Shown here one piece after another: positions 41,201 to 56,200 of a stretch of DNA of 64,000 nucleotides. Each line of letters begins with the position of its first letter. Positions within the stretch are counted from its first letter, which is position 1. The notes beneath the pieces were generated by a model. That model ran no database searches and was not told where the DNA came from. It worked only from the letters and a program-made list of their open reading frames with translations. The translations under genes and the position numbers were made by a program. Source of the DNA: the human T2T-CHM13v2.0 reference genome, Homo sapiens; the NCBI RefSeq assembly GCF_009914755.1, contig NC_060943.1; one strand, 5' to 3'.

Positions 41201-44200
41201 AACGATCCTTTACACAGAGCAGACTTGAAACACTCTTTTTGTGGAATTTGCAAGTGGAGATTTCAGCCGCTTTGAGGTCAATGGTAGAATAGGAAATATC
41301 TTCCTATAGAAACTAGACAGAATGATTCTCAGAAACTCCTTTGTGATGTGTGCGTTCAACTCACAGAGTTTAACCTTTCTTTTCATAGAGCAGTTAGGAA
41401 ACACTCTGTTTGTAAAGTCTGCAAGTGGATATTCAGACATCTTTGAGGCCTTCGTTGGAAACGGGATTTCTTCATGTTCTGCTAGACAGAAGAATTCTCA
41501 GAAACTTCCTTGTGTTGTGTGTTTTCAACTCACAGAGTTGAACGATGCTTTACACAGAGTAGACTTGAAACACTCTTTTTGTGTAATTTGCAAGTGGAGA
41601 TTTCAGCCGCTTTGAGGTCAATGGTAGAAAAGGAAATATCTTCGTATAAAAACTAGACAGAATGATTCTCAGAAACTCCTTTGTGATGTGTGCGTTCAAC
41701 TCACAGAGTTTAACCTTTCTTTTCATAGAGCAGTTAGGAAACACTCTGTTTGTAAAGTCTGCAAGTGGATATTCAGACCTCCTTGAGGCCTTCGTTGGAA
41801 ACGGGATTTCTTCATATTATGCTAGACAGAAGAATTCTCAGTAACTTCCTTGTGTTGTGTGTATTCAACTCACAGAGTTGAACGATCCTTTACACAGAGC
41901 AGACTTGAAACACTCTTTTTGTGGAATTTGCAAGTGGAGATTTCAGCCGCTTTGAGGTCAATGGTAGAATAGGAAATATCTTCCTATAGAAACTAGACAG
42001 AATGATTCTCAGAAACTCCTTTGTGATGTGTGCGTTCAACTCACACAGTTTAACCTTTCTTTTCATAGAGCAGTTAGGAAACACTCTGTTTGTAAAGTCT
42101 GCAAGTGGATATTCAGACCTCCTTGAGGCATTCGTTGGAAACGGGATTTCTTCATATTATGCTAGACAGAAGAATTCTCAGTAACTTCCTTGTGTTGTGT
42201 GTATTCAACTCACAGAGTTGAACGATCCTTTACACAGAGCAGACTTGAAACACTCTTTTTGTGGAATTTGCAAGTGGAGATTTCAGCCGCTTTGAGTTCA
42301 ATGGTAGAATAGGAAATATCTTCCTATAGAAACTAGAAAGAATGATTCTCAGAAACTCCTTTGTGATGTGTGCGTTCAACTCACAGAGTTCAACCTTTCT
42401 TTTCATAGAGCAGTTGGGAAACACTCTGTTTGTAAAGTCTGCAAGTGGATATTCAGACTTCTTTGAGGCCTTCGTTGGAAGCGGGATTTCTTCATGTTCA
42501 GCTAGACAGAAGAATTCTCATAAACTTCCTTGTGTTGTGTGTTTTCAACTCACAGAGTTGAACGATCCTTTACACAGAGCAGACTTGAAACACTCCTTTT
42601 GTGGAATTTGCAAGTGGAGATTTCAGCCGCTTTGAGGTCAATGGTAGAATAGGAAATATCTTCCTATAGAAACTAGACAGAATGATTCTCAGAAACTCCT
42701 TTGTGATGTGTGCGTTCAACTCACAGAGTTTAACCTTTCTTTTCATAGAGCAGTTAGGAAACACTCTGTTTGTAAAGTCTGCAAGTGGATATTCAGACAT
42801 CCTTGAGGCTTTCGTTGGAAACGGGATTTCTTCATATTCTGCTAGAAAGAAGAATTCTCAGTAACTTCCTTGTGTTGTGTGTATTCAACTCACAGAGTTG
42901 AACGATCCTTTACACAGAGCAGACTTGAAACACTCTTTTTGTGGAATTTGCAAGTGGAGATTTCAGCCGCTTTGAGGTCAATGGTAGAATAGGAAATATC
43001 TTCCTATAGAAACTAGACAGAATGATTCTCAGAAACTCCTTTGTGATGTGTGCGTTCAACTCACAGAGTTTAACCTTTCTTTTCATAGAGCAGTTGGGAA
43101 ACACTCTGTTTGTAAAGTCTGCAAGTGGATATTCAGACCTCCTTGAGGCTTTCGTTGGAAACGGGATTTCTTCATATTCTGCTAGAAAGAAGAATTCTCA
43201 GTAACTTCCTTGTGTTGTGTGTATTCAACTCACAGAGTTGAACGATCCTTTACACAGAGCAGACTTGAAACACTCTTTTTGTGGAATTTGCAAGTGGAGA
43301 TTTCAGCCGCTTTGAGGTCAATGGTAGAATAGGAAATATCTTCCTATAGAAACTAGACAGAATGATTCTCAGAAACTCCTTTGTGATGTGTGCGTTCAAC
43401 TCACAGAGTTTAACCTTTCTTTTCATAGAGCAGTTAGGAAACACTCTGTTTGTAAAGTCTGCAAGTGGATATTCAGACATCTTTGAGGCCTTCGTTGGAA
43501 ACGGGATTTCTTCATGTTCTGCTAGACAGAAGAATTCTCAGAAACTTCCTTGTGTTGTGTGTTTTCAACTCACAGAGTTGAACGATGCTTTACACAGAGT
43601 AGACTTGAAACACTCTTTTTGTGTAATTTGCAAGTGGAGATTTCAGCCGCTTTGAGGTCAATGGTAGAAAAGGAAATATCTTCGTATAAAAACTAGACAG
43701 AATGATTCTCAGAAACTCCTTTGTGATGTGTGCGTTCAACTCACAGAGTTTAACCTTTCTTTTCATAGAGCAGTTAGGAAACACTCTGTTTGTAAAGTCT
43801 GCAAGTGGATATTCAGACCTCCTTGAGGCCTTCGTTGGAAACGGGATTTCTTCATATTATGCTAGACAGAAGAATTCTCAGTAACTTCCTTGTGTTGTGT
43901 GTATTCAACTCACAGAGTTGAACGATCCTTTACACAGAGCAGACTTGAAACACTCTTTTTGTGGAATTTGCAAGTGGAGATTTCAGCCGCTTTGAGGTCA
44001 ATGGTAGAATAGGAAATATCTTCCTATAGAAACTAGACAGAATGATTCTCAGAAACTCCTTTGTGATGTGTGCGTTCAACTCACACAGTTTAACCTTTCT
44101 TTTCATAGAGCAGTTAGGAAACACTCTGTTTGTAAAGTCTGCAAGTGGATATTCAGACCTCCTTGAGGCATTCGTTGGAAACGGGATTTCTTCATATTAT

Positions 44201-47200
44201 GCTAGACAGAAGAATTCTCAGTAACTTCCTTGTGTTGTGTGTATTCAACTCACAGAGTTGAACGATCCTTTACACAGAGCAGACTTGAAACACTCTTTTT
44301 GTGGAATTTGCAAGTGGAGATTTCAGCCGCTTTGAGTTCAATGGTAGAATAGGAAATACCTTCCTATAGAAACTAGACAGAATGATTCTCAGAAACTCCT
44401 TTGTGATGTGTGCGTTCAACTCACAGAGTTCAACCTTTCTTTTCATAGAGCAGTTGGGAAACACTCTGTTTGTAAAGTCTGCAAGTGGATATTCAGACTT
44501 CTTTGAGGCCTTCGTTGGAAGCGGGATTTCTTCATGTTCAGCTAGACAGAAGAATTCTCAGAAACTTCCTTGTGTTGTGTGTTTTCAACTCACAGAGTTG
44601 AACGATCCTTTACACAGAGCAGACTTGAAACACTCCTTTTGTGGAATTTGCAAGTGGAGATTTCAGCCGCTTTGAGGTCAATGGTAGAATAGGAAATATC
44701 TTCCTATAGAAACTAGACAGAATGATTCTCAGAAACTCCTTTGTGATGTGTGCGTTCAACTCACAGAGTTTAACCTTTCTTTTCATAGAGCAGTTAGGAA
44801 ACACTCTGTTTGTAAAGTCTGCAAGTGGATATTCAGACATCCTTGAGGCTTTCGTTGGAAACGGGATTTCTTCATATTCTGCTAGAAAGAAGAATTCTCA
44901 GTAACTTCCTTGTGTTGTGTGTATTCAACTCACAGAGTTGAACGATCCTTTACACAGAGCAGACTTGAAACACTCTTTTTGTGGAATTTGCAAGTGGAGA
45001 TTTCAGCCGCTTTGAGGTCAATGGTAGAATAGGAAATATCTTCCTATAGAAACTAGACAGAATGATTCTCAGAAACTCCTTTGTGATGTGTGCGTTCAAC
45101 TCACAGAGTTTAACCTTTCTTTTCATAGAGCAGTTGGGAAACACTCTGTTTGTAAAGTCTGCAAGTGGATATTCAGACCTCCTTGAGGCTTTCGTTGGAA
45201 ACGGGATTTCTTCATATTCTGCTAGAAAGAAGAATTCTCAGTAACTTCCTTGTGTTGTGTGTATTCAACTCACAGAGTTGAACGATCCTTTACACAGAGC
45301 AGACTTGAAACACTCTTTTTGTGGAATTTGCAAGTGGAGATTTCAGCCGCTTTGAGGTCAATGGTAGAATAGGAAATATCTTCCTATAGAAACTAGACAG
45401 AATGATTCTCAGAAACTCCTTTGTGATGTGTGCGTTCAACTCACAGAGTTTAACCTTTCTTTTCATAGAGCAGTTAGGAAACACTCTGTTTGTAAAGTCT
45501 GCAAGTGGATATTCAGACATCTTTGAGGCCTTCGTTGGAAACGGGATTTCTTCATGTTCTGCTAGACAGAAGAATTCTCAGAAACTTCCTTGTGTTGTGT
45601 GTTTTCAACTCACAGAGTTGAACGATGCTTTACACAGAGTAGACTTGAAACACTCTTTTTGTGTAATTTGCAAGTGGAGATTTCAGCCGCTTTGAGGTCA
45701 ATGGTAGAAAAGGAAATATCTTCGTATAAAAACTAGACAGAATGATTCTCAGAAACTCCTTTGTGATGTGTGCGTTCAACTCACAGAGTTTAACCTTTCT
45801 TTTCATAGAGCAGTTAGGAAACACTCTGTTTGTAAAGTCTGCAAGTGGATATTCAGACCTCCTTGAGGCCTTCGTTGGAAACGGGATTTCTTCATATTAT
45901 GCTAGACAGAAGAATTCTCAGTAACTTCCTTGTGTTGTGTGTATTCAACTCACAGAGTTGAACGATCCTTTACACAGAGCAGACTTGAAACACTCTTTTT
46001 GTGGAATTTGCAAGTGGAGATTTCAGCCGCTTTGAGGTCAATGGTAGAATAGGAAATATCTTCCTATAGAAACTAGACAGAATGATTCTCAGAAACTCCT
46101 TTGTGATGTGTGCGTTCAACTCACACAGTTTAACCTTTCTTTTCATAGAGCAGTTAGGAAACACTCTGTTTGTAAAGTCTGCAAGTGGATATTCAGACCT
46201 CCTTGAGGCATTCGTTGGAAACGGGATTTCTTCATATTATGCTAGACAGAAGAATTCTCAGTAACTTCCTTGTGTTGTGTGTATTCAACTCACAGAGTTG
46301 AACGATCCTTTACACAGAGCAGACTTGAAACACTCTTTTTGTGGAATTTGCAAGTGGAGATTTCAGCCGCTTTGAGTTCAATGGTAGAATAGGAAATATC
46401 TTCCTATAGAAACTAGACAGAATGATTCTCAGAAACTCCTTTGTGATGTGTGCGTTCAACTCACAGAGTTCAACCTTTCTTTTCATAGAGCAGTTGGGAA
46501 ACACTCTGTTTGTAAAGTCTGCAAGTGGATATTCAGACTTCTTTGAGGCCTTCGTTGGAAGCGGGATTTCTTCATGTTCAGCTAGACAGAAGAATTCTCA
46601 GAAACTTCCTTGTGTTGTGTGTTTTCAACTCACAGAGTTGAACGATCCTTTACACAGAGCAGACTTGAAACACTCCTTTTGTGGAATTTGCAAGTGGAGA
46701 TTTCAGCCGCTTTGAGGTCAATGGTAGAATAGGAAATATCTTCCTATAGAAACTAGACAGAATGATTCTCAGAAACTCCTTTGTGATGTGTGCGTTCAAC
46801 TCACAGAGTTTAACCTTTCTTTTCATAGAGCAGTTAGGAAACACTCTGTTTGTAAAGTCTGCAAGTGGATATTCAGACATCCTTGAGGCTTTCGTTGGAA
46901 ACGGGATTTCTTCATATTCTGCTAGAAAGAAGAATTCTCAGTAACTTCCTTGTGTTGTGTGTATTCAACTCACAGAGTTGAACGATCCTTTACACAGAGC
47001 AGACTTGAAACACTCTTTTTGTGGAATTTGCAAGTGGAGATTTCAGCCGCTTTGAGGTCAATGGTAGAATAGGAAATATCTTCCTATAGAAACTAGACAG
47101 AATGATTCTCAGAAACTCCTTTGTGATGTGTGCGTTCAACTCACAGAGTTTAACCTTTCTTTTCATAGAGCAGTTGGGAAACACTCTGTTTGTAAAGTCT

Positions 47201-50200
47201 GCAAGTGGATATTCAGACCTCCTGGAGGCTTTCGTTGGAAACGGGATTTCTTCATATTCTGCTAGAAAGAAGAATTCTCAGTAACTTCCTTGTGTTGTGT
47301 GTATTCAACTCACAGAGTTGAACGATCCTTTACACAGAGCAGACTTGAAACACTCTTTTTGTGGAATTTGCAAGTGGAGATTTCAGCCGCTTTGAGGTCA
47401 ATGGTAGAATAGGAAATATCTTCCTATAGAAACTAGACAGAATGATTCTCAGAAACTCCTTTGTGATGTGTGCGTTCAACTCACAGAGTTTAACCTTTCT
47501 TTTCATAGAGCAGTTAGGAAACACTCTGTTTGTAAAGTCTGCAAGTGGATATTCAGACATCTTTGAGGCCTTCGTTGGAAACGGGATTTCTTCATGTTCT
47601 GCTAGACAGAGGAATTCTCAGAAACTTCCTTGTGTTGTGTGTTTTCAACTCACAGAGTTGAACGATGCTTTACACAGAGTAGACTTGAAACACTCTTTTT
47701 GTGTAATTTGCAAGTGGAGATTTCAGCCGCTTTGAGGTCAATGGTAGAAAAGGAAATATCTTCGTATAAAAACTAGACAGAATGATTCTCAGAAACTCCT
47801 TTGTGATGTGTGCGTTCAACTCACAGAGTTTAACCTTTCTTTTCATAGAGCAGTTAGGAAACACTCTGTTTGTAAAGTCTGCAAGTGGATATTCAGACCT
47901 CCTTGAGGCCTTCGTTGGAAACGGGATTTCTTCATATTATGCTAGACAGAAGAATTCTCAGTAACTTCCTTGTGTTGTGTGTATTCAACTCACAGAGTTG
48001 AACGATCCTTTACACAGAGCAGACTTGAAACACTCTTTTTGTGGAATTTGCAAGTGGAGATTTCAGCCGCTTTGAGGTCAATGGTAGAATAGGAAATATC
48101 TTCCTATAGAAACTAGACAGAATGATTCTCAGAAACTCCTTTGTGATGTGTGCGTTCAACTCACACAGTTTAACCTTTCTTTTCATAGAGCAGTTAGGAA
48201 ACACTCTGTTTGTAAAGTCTGCAAGTGGATATTCAGACCTCCTTGAGGCCTTCGTTGGAAACGGGATTTCTTCATATTATGCTAGACAGAAGAATTCTCA
48301 GTAACTTCCTTGTGTTGTGTGTATTCAACTCACAGAGTTGAACGATCCTTTACACAGAGCAGACTTGAAACACTCTTTTTGTGGAATTTGCAAGTGGAGA
48401 TTTCAGCCGCTTTGAGTTCAATGGTAGAATAGGAAATATCTTCCTATAGAAACTAGACAGAATGATTCTCAGAAACTCCTTTGTGATGTGTGCGTTCAAC
48501 TCACAGAGTTCAACCTTTCTTTTCATAGAGCAGTTGGGAAACACTCTGTTTGTAAAGTCTGCAAGTGGATATTCAGACTTCTTTGAGGCCTTCGTTGGAA
48601 GCGGGATTTCTTCATGTTCAGCTAGACAGAAGAATTCTCATAAACTTCCTTGTGTTGTGTGTTTTCAACTCACAGAGTTGAACGATCCTTTACACAGAGC
48701 AGACTTGAAACACTCCTTTTGTGGAATTTGCAAGTGGAGATTTCAGCCGCTTTGAGGTCAATGGTAGAATAGGAAATATCTTCCTATAGAAACTAGACAG
48801 AATGATTCTCAGAAACTCCTTTGTGATGTGTGCGTTCAACTCACAGAGTTTAACCTTTCTTTTCATAGAGCAGTTGGGAAACACTCTGTTTGTAAAGTCT
48901 GCAAGTGGATATTCAGACATCCTTGAGGCTTTCGTTGGAAACGGGATTTCTTCATATTCTGCTAGAAAGAAGAATTCTCAGTAACTTCCTTGTGTTGTGT
49001 GTATTCAACTCACAGAGTTGAACGATCCTTTACACAGAGCAGACTTGAAACACTCTTTTTGTGGAATTTGCAAGTGGAGATTTCAGCCGCTTTGAGGTCA
49101 ATGGTAGAATAGGAAATATCTTCCTATAGAAACTAGACAGAATGATTCTCAGAAACTCCTTTGTGATGTGTGCGTTCAACTCACAGAGTTTAACCTTTCT
49201 TTTCATAGAGCAGTTAGGAAACACTCTGTTTGTAAAGTCTGCAAGTGGATATTCAGACATCTTTGAGGCCTTCGTTGGAAACGGGATTTCTTCATGTTCT
49301 GCTAGACAGAAGAATTCTCAGAAACTTCCTTGTGTTGTGTGTTTTCAACTCACAGAGTTGAACGATGCTTTACACAGAGTAGACTTGAAACACTCTTTTT
49401 GTGTAATTTGCAAGTGGAGATTTCAGCCGCTTTGAGGTCAATGGTAGAAAAGGAAATATCTTCGTATAAAAACTAGACAGAATGATTCTCAGAAACTCCT
49501 TTGTGATGTGTGCGTTCAACTCACAGAGTTTAACCTTTCTTTTCATAGAGCAGTTAGGAAACACTCTGTTTGTAAAGTCTGCAAGTGGATATTCAGACCT
49601 CCTTGAGGCCTTCGTTGGAAACGGGATTTCTTCATATTATGCTAGACAGAAGAATTCTCAGTAACTTCCTTGTGTTGTGTGTATTCAACTCACAGAGTTG
49701 AACGATCCTTTACACAGAGCAGACTTGAAACACTCTTTTTGTGGAATTTGCAAGTGGAGATTTCAGCCGCTTTGAGGTCAATGGTAGAATAGGAAATATC
49801 TTCCTATAGAAACTAGACAGAATGATTCTCAGAAACTCCTTTGTGATGTGTGCGTTCAACTCACACAGTTTAACCTTTCTTTTCATAGAGCAGTTAGGAA
49901 ACACTCTGTTTGTAAAGTCTGCAAGTGGATATTCAGACCTCCTTGAGGCATTCGTTGGAAACGGGATTTCTTCATATTATGCTAGACAGAAGAATTCTCA
50001 GTAACTTCCTTGTGTTGTGTGTATTCAACTCACAGAGTTGAACGATCCTTTACACAGAGCAGACTTGAAACACTCTTTTTGTGGAATTTGCAAGTGGAGA
50101 TTTCAGCCGCTTTGAGTTCAATGGTAGAATAGGAAATATCTTCCTATAGAAACTAGACAGAATGATTCTCAGAAACTCCTTTGTGATGTGTGCGTTCAAC

Positions 50201-53200
50201 TCACAGAGTTCAACCTTTCTTTTCATAGAGCAGTTGGGAAACACTCTGTTTGTAAAGTCTGCAAGTGGATATTCAGACTTCTTTGAGGCCTTCGTTGGAA
50301 GCGGGATTTCTTCATGTTCAGCTAGACAGAAGAATTCTCAGAAACTTCCTTGTGTTGTGTGTTTTCAACTCACAGAGTTGAACGATCCTTTACACAGAGC
50401 AGACTTGAAACACTCCTTTTGTGGAATTTGCAAGTGGAGATTTCAGCCGCTTTGAGGTCAATGGTAGAATAGGAAATATCTTCCTATAGAAACTAGACAG
50501 AATGATTCTCAGAAACTCCTTTGTGATGTGTGCGTTCAACTCACAGAGTTTAACCTTTCTTTTCATAGAGCAGTTAGGAAACACTCTGTTTGTAAAGTCT
50601 GCAAGTGGATATTCAGACATCCTTGAGGCTTTCGTTGGAAACGGGATTTCTTCATATTCTGCTAGAAAGAAGAATTCTCAGTAACTTCCTTGTGTTGTGT
50701 GTATTCAACTCACAGAGTTGAACGATCCTTTACACAGAGCAGACTTGAAACACTCTTTTTGTGGAATTTGCAAGTGGAGATTTCAGCCGCTTTGAGGTCA
50801 ATGGTAGAATAGGAAATATCTTCCTATAGAAACTAGACAGAATGATTCTCAGAAACTCCTTTGTGATGTGTGCGTTCAACTCACAGAGTTTAACCTTTCT
50901 TTTCATAGAGCAGTTGGGAAACACTCTGTTTGTAAAGTCTGCAAGTGGATATTCAGACCTCCTTGAGGCTTTCGTTGGAAACGGGATTTCTTCATATTCT
51001 GCTAGAAAGAAGAATTCTCAGTAACTTCCTTGTGTTGTGTGTATTCAACTCACAGAGTTGAACGATCCTTTACACAGAGCAGACTTGAAACACTCTTTTT
51101 GTGGAATTTGCAAGTGGAGATTTCAGCCGCTTTGAGGTCAATGGTAGAATAGGAAATATCTTCCTATAGAAACTAGACAGAATGATTCTCAGAAACTCCT
51201 TTGTGATGTGTGCGTTCAACTCACAGAGTTTAACCTTTCTTTTCATAGAGCAGTTAGGAAACACTCTGTTTGTAAAGTCTGCAAGTGGATATTCAGACAT
51301 CTTTGAGGCCTTCGTTGGAAACGGGATTTCTTCATGTTCTGCTAGACAGAAGAATTCTCAGAAACTTCCTTGTGTTGTGTGTTTTCAACTCACAGAGTTG
51401 AACGATGCTTTACACAGAGTAGACTTGAAACACTCTTTTTGTGTAATTTGCAAGTGGAGATTTCAGCCGCTTTGAGGTCAATGGTAGAAAAGGAAATATC
51501 TTCGTATAAAAACTAGACAGAATGATTCTCAGAAACTCCTTTGTGATGTGTGCGTTCAACTCACAGAGTTTAACCTTTCTTTTCATAGAGCAGTTAGGAA
51601 ACACTCTGTTTGTAAAGTCTGCAAGTGGATATTCAGACCTCCTTGAGGCCTTCGTTGGAAACGGGATTTCTTCATATTATGCTAGACAGAAGAATTCTCA
51701 GTAACTTCCTTGTGTTGTGTGTATTCAACTCACAGAGTTGAACGATCCTTTACACAGAGCAGACTTGAAACACTCTTTTTGTGGAATTTGCAAGTGGAGA
51801 TTTCAGCCGCTTTGAGGTCAATGGTAGAATAGGAAATATCTTCCTATAGAAACTAGACAGAATGATTCTCAGAAACTCCTTTGTGATGTGTGCGTTCAAC
51901 TCACACAGTTTAACCTTTCTTTTCATAGAGCAGTTAGGAAACACTCTGTTTGTAAAGTCTGCAAGTGGATATTCAGACCTCCTTGAGGCATTCGTTGGAA
52001 ACGGGATTTCTTCATATTATGCTAGACAGAAGAATTCTCAGTAACTTCCTTGTGTTGTGTGTATTCAACTCACAGAGTTGAACGATCCTTTACACAGAGC
52101 AGACTTGAAACACTCTTTTTGTGGAATTTGCAAGTGGAGATTTCAGCCGCTTTGAGTTCAATGGTAGAATAGGAAATATCTTCCTATAGAAACTAGACAG
52201 AATGATTCTCAGAAACTCCTTTGTGATGTGTGCGTTCAACTCACAGAGTTCAACCTTTCTTTTCATAGAGCAGTTGGGAAACACTCTGTTTGTAAAGTCT
52301 GCAAGTGGATATTCAGACTTCTTTGAGGCCTTCGTTGGAAGCGGGATTTCTTCATGTTCAGCTAGACAGAAGAATTCTCAGAAACTTCCTTGTGTTGTGT
52401 GTTTTCAACTCACAGAGTTGAACGATCCTTTACACAGAGCAGACTTGAAACACTCCTTTTGTGGAATTTGCAAGTGGAGATTTCAGCCGCTTTGAGGTCA
52501 ATGGTAGAATAGGAAATATCTTCCTATAGAAACTAGACAGAATGATTCTCAGAAACTCCTTTGTGATGTGTGCGTTCAACTCACAGAGTTTAACCTTTCT
52601 TTTCATAGAGCAGTTAGGAAACACTCTGTTTGTAAAGTCTGCAAGTGGATATTCAGACATCCTTGAGGCTTTCGTTGGAAACGGGATTTCTTCATATTCT
52701 GCTAGAAAGAAGAATTCTCAGTAACTTCCTTGTGTTGTGTGTATTCAACTCACAGAGTTGAACGATCCTTTACACAGAGCAGACTTGAAACACTCTTTTT
52801 GTGGAATTTGCAAGTGGAGATTTCAGCCGCTTTGAGGTCAATGGTAGAATAGGAAATATCTTCCTATAGAAACTAGACAGAATGATTCTCAGAAACTCCT
52901 TTGTGATGTGTGCGTTCAACTCACAGAGTTTAACCTTTCTTTTCATAGAGCAGTTGGGAAACACTCTGTTTGTAAAGTCTGCAAGTGGATATTCAGACCT
53001 CCTTGAGGCTTTCGTTGGAAACGGGATTTCTTCATATTCTGCTAGAAAGAAGAATTCTCAGTAACTTCCTTGTGTTGTGTGTATTCAACTCACAGAGTTG
53101 AACGATCCTTTACACAGAGCAGACTTGAAACACTCTTTTTGTGGAATTTGCAAGTGGAGATTTCAGCCGCTTTGAGGTCAATGGTAGAATAGGAAATATC

Positions 53201-56200
53201 TTCCTATAGAAACTAGACAGAATGATTCTCAGAAACTCCTTTGTGATGTGTGCGTTCAACTCACAGAGTTTAACCTTTCTTTTCATAGAGCAGTTAGGAA
53301 ACACTCTGTTTGTAAAGTCTGCAAGTGGATATTCAGACATCTTTGAGGCCTTCGTTGGAAACGGGATTTCTTCATGTTCTGCTAGACAGAAGAATTCTCA
53401 GAAACTTCCTTGTGTTGTGTGTTTTCAACTCACAGAGTTGAACGATGCTTTACACAGAGTAGACTTGAAACACTCTTTTTGTGTAATTTGCAAGTGGAGA
53501 TTTCAGCCGCTTTGAGGTCAATGGTAGAAAAGGAAATATCTTCGTATAAAAACTAGACAGAATGATTCTCAGAAACTCCTTTGTGATGTGTGCGTTCAAC
53601 TCACAGAGTTTAACCTTTCTTTTCATAGAGCAGTTAGGAAACACTCTGTTTGTAAAGTCTGCAAGTGGATATTCAGACCTCCTTGAGGCCTTCGTTGGAA
53701 ACGGGATTTCTTCATATTATGCTAGACAGAAGAATTCTCAGTAACTTCCTTGTGTTGTGTGTATTCAACTCACAGAGTTGAACGATCCTTTACACAGAGC
53801 AGACTTGAAACACTCTTTTTGTGGAATTTGCAAGTGGAGATTTCAGCCGCTTTGAGGTCAATGGTAGAATAGGAAATATCTTCCTATAGAAACTAGACAG
53901 AATGATTCTCAGAAACTCCTTTGTGATGTGTGCGTTCATCTCACACAGTTTAACCTTTCTTTTCATAGAGCAGTTAGGAAACACTCTGTTTGTAAAGTCT
54001 GCAAGTGGATATTCAGACCTCCTTGAGGCATTCGTTGGAAACGGGATTTCTTCATATTATGCTAGACAGAAGAATTCTCAGTAACTTCCTTGCGTTGTGT
54101 GTATTCAACTCACAGAGTTGAACGATCCTTTACACAGAGCAGACTTGAAACACTCTTTTTGTGGAATTTGCAAGTGGAGATTTCAGCCGCTTTGAGTTCA
54201 ATGGTAGAATAGGAAATATCTTCCTATAGAAACTAGACAGAATGATTCTCAGAAACTCCTTTGTGATGTGTGCGTTCAACTCACAGAATTCAACCTTTCT
54301 TTTCATAGAGCAGTTGGGAAACACTCTGTTTGTAAAGTCTGCAAGTGGATATTCAGACTTCTTTGAGGCCTTCGTTGGAAGCGGGATTTCTTCATGTTCA
54401 GCTAGACAGAAGAATTCTCAGAAACTTCCTTGTGTTGTGTGTTTTCAACTCACAGAGTTGAACGATCCTTTACACAGAGCAGACTTGAAACACTCCTTTT
54501 GTGGAATTTGCAAGTGGAGATTTCAGCCGCTTTGAGGTCAATGGTAGAATAGGAAATATCTTCCTATAGAAACTAGACAGAATGATTCTCAGAAACTCCT
54601 TTGTGATGTGTGCGTTCAACTCACAGAGTTTAACCTTTCTTTTCATAGAGCAGTTAGGAAACACTCTGTTTGTAAAGTCTGCAAGTGGATATTCAGACAT
54701 CCTTGAGGCTTTCGTTGGAAACGGGATTTCTTCATATTCTGCTAGAAAGAAGAATTCTCAGTAACTTCCTTGTGTTGTGTGTATTCAACTCACAGAGTTG
54801 AACGATCCTTTACACAGAGCAGACTTGAAACACTCTTTTTGTGGAATTTGCAAGTGGAGATTTCAGCCGCTTTGAGGTCAATGGTAGAATAGGAAATATC
54901 TTCCTATAGAAACTAGACAGAATGATTCTCAGAAACTCCTTTGTGATGTGTGCGTTCAACTCACAGAGTTTAACCTTTCTTTTCATAGAGCAGTTGGGAA
55001 ACACTCTGTTTGTAAAGTCTGCAAGTGGATATTCAGACCTCCTTGAGGCTTTCGTTGGAAACGGGATTTCTTCATATTCTGCTAGAAAGAAGAATTCTCA
55101 GTAACTTCCTTGTGTTGTGTGTATTCAACTCACAGAGTTGAACGATCCTTTACACAGAGCAGACTTGAAACACTCTTTTTGTGGAATTTGCAAGTGGAGA
55201 TTTCAGCCGCTTTGAGGTCAATGGTAGAATAGGAAATATCTTCCTATAGAAACTAGACAGAATGATTCTCAGAAACTCCTTTGTGATGTGTGCGTTCAAC
55301 TCACAGAGTTTAACCTTTCTTTTCATAGAGCAGTTAGGAAACACTCTGTTTGTAAAGTCTGCAAGTGGATATTCAGACATCTTTGAGGCCTTCGTTGGAA
55401 ACGGGATTTCTTCATGTTCTGCTAGACAGAAGAATTCTCAGAAACTTCCTTGTGTTGTGTGTTTTCAACTCACAGAGTTGAACGATGCTTTACACAGAGT
55501 AGACTTGAAACACTCTTTTTGTGTAATTTGCAAGTGGAGATTTCAGCCGCTTTGAGGTCAATGGTAGAAAAGGAAATATCTTCGTATAAAAACTAGACAG
55601 AATGATTCTCAGAAACTCCTTTGTGATGTGTGCGTTCAACTCACAGAGTTTAACCTTTCTTTTCATAGAGCAGTTAGGAAACACTCTGTTTGTAAAGTCT
55701 GCAAGTGGATATTCAGACCTCCTTGAGGCCTTCGTTGGAAACGGGATTTCTTCATATTATGCTAGACAGAAGAATTCTCAGTAACTTCCTTGTGTTGTGT
55801 GTATTCAACTCACAGAGTTGAACGATCCTTTACACAGAGCAGACTTGAAACACTCTTTTTGTGGAATTTGCAAGTGGAGATTTCAGCCGCTTTGAGGTCA
55901 ATGGTAGAATAGGAAATATCTTCCTATAGAAACTAGACAGAATGATTCTCAGAAACTCCTTTGTGATGTGTGCGTTCAACTCACACAGTTTAACCTTTCT
56001 TTTCATAGAGCAGTTAGGAAACACTCTGTTTGTAAAGTCTGCAAGTGGATATTCAGACCTCCTTGAGGCATTCGTTGGAAACGGGATTTCTTCATATTAT
56101 GCTAGACAGAAGAATTCTCAGTAACTTCCTTGTGTTGTGTGTATTCAACTCACAGAGTTGAACGATCCTTTACACAGAGCAGACTTGAAACACTCTTTTT

